From a virus (taxonomy: Duplodnaviria > Caudoviricetes): a stretch of DNA of 25,437 nt. The notes below the pieces were generated by a model. The model was given only the letters and a program-made list of their open reading frames with translations, did no database searches and had not been told where the DNA came from. How positions within the stretch are numbered: the stretch's first letter is position 1; every line of letters starts with the position of its first letter. Position numbers and translations under genes: made by a program. Location of the stretch: positions 1-25,437 of IMG/VR virus record IMGVR_UViG_3300006120_000085. The stretch is one strand, 5' to 3'. Positions 24,618 to 25,437 of the stretch are shown here, piece by piece.

Positions 24618-25437
24618 TTAAACTATGTCTACGTCTGTATTGTACGTAGTATAGCCGCTTTCCTTAACAACTTTTAGCGTGTTATTTACCCGCCCAGCTA
24701 GTTCGTCTTTGTGACTGACTAACCAAATACTTTTGCGATTGTCTCTGCTCATCTTTTTCAGAATAGCCAAAGCATTTTCTACTCCAGAACTATCCATACC
24801 CGAATCAACCAACTCGTCAATAAACAGCAAGTTGATGGGCTGATACAGACTTTCCCAAACATCTCGGAAGGCCCAGCTCAGTGACAGGATCAATCTGTTG
24901 CGCTCACCACGACTCAAGTTGTCAAAGTCTAGATCACGTCCTAGTTCTGTAATACTTACAGTTAAGTCGTTGTTGAATTTTACAGTATGCGGCAAGCCAA
25001 TGCGATCTAAGTATTGTCCTAATCGAGCATTTAGATAGCTCAAGTTCTGATCAATGATACGCTTACGAATAAAACTATCTTTGTTTGTCAGTAGTTTCAA
25101 CAAGAATTCCTGGTGATTTTTAAGATCATCCAAAGCATTCATTGTGTCATAGGTAATTTCTTCCAGAGCCTGTTCTTGCATTTCTCGGATCTGTTCAACA
25201 TAGGGATCAGATTCATTTTGTTTTGCAGTAAGCTGAGCCAACAGCGCACCCATACTACTACGATGTTCAAACGCATCGCTTTCGTTGTCGTAGAAGACTT
25301 TGGGTACAGTGCCTAATTCGCCCAATGCAGCTAGTGCATCCTGACGTTCCATTAACTGTGTGTTGGTTGCTAGTGCTTGCAGGGCTGTTTCCTGTAGTGC
25401 TCGACGTTTTTCTTCCAGCAACTGTTCTTGTTTGTCA
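24618..25437 (-). CDS. gp46: Recombination endonuclease ATPase subunit (T4 gp46 / Rad50-SbcC-like), 3' part; 5' end outside the window
   Basis: Coiled coil followed by the ABC signature LSRGERNRL, Walker B/D-loop LFIDELVDSGMD and H-loop VSHK. The frame stays open from 25421 to the edge. Confidence 0.93.
   Translation of the reverse strand, partial: DKQEQLLEEKRRALQETALQALATNTQLMERQDALAALGELGTVPKVFYDNESDAFEHRSSMGALLAQLTAKQNESDPYVEQIREMQEQALEEITYDTMNALDDLKNHQEFLLKLLTNKDSFIRKRIIDQNLSYLNARLGQYLDRIGLPHTVKFNNDLTVSITELGRDLDFDNLSRGERNRLILSLSWAFRDVWESLYQPINLLFIDELVDSGMDSSGVENALAILKKMSRDNRKSIWLVSHKDELAGRVNNTLKVVKESGYTTYNTDVDIV

Noticed and set aside
1-25437. Stop-codon reassignment or tRNA genes
   Set aside because: Core genes are full length in the standard code and end in TAA or TGA. 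No cloverleaf with a TTCGA T-loop and acceptor stem was found; the 13323-13342 TTCG hairpin is isolated.

Overview
This window is a segment of a T4-like (myovirus-type) phage genome covering the late structural module, almost all on the minus strand. In transcription order (right to left) it holds: the 3' part of gp46 (Rad50/SbcC-like ATPase); a stand-alone GIY-YIG nuclease; an AT-rich, possibly sulfotransferase-like ORF; a ~470-nt ORF-free, highly structured interval; a plus-strand pair of baseplate-hub/tail-chaperone-like genes; a tape-measure-like gene; portal gp20; two putative prohead core genes; protease gp21; scaffold gp22; major capsid gp23; a 17-codon micro-ORF; a probable head accessory gene; and a run of paralogous Thr/Gly/Asn/Ala-rich fibre/virion genes, the last truncated at the left edge and missed by the ORF track. 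T4 late promoters (TATAAATA and NNTAAATA variants) and Rho-independent terminators punctuate the module. The top leads are: (1) a large minus-strand structured RNA candidate downstream of the GIY-YIG gene, ending next to an origin-like cassette of GC-GNA-GC DNA hairpins around an AT-rich core; (2) a T-TTT-TTC -1 frameshift that would fuse the two plus-strand genes, like lambda gpG/gpGT; (3) a 17-aa acidic peptide with its own promoter, RBS and terminator behind gp23. All calls come from reading motifs by eye; no searches or folding programs were run.
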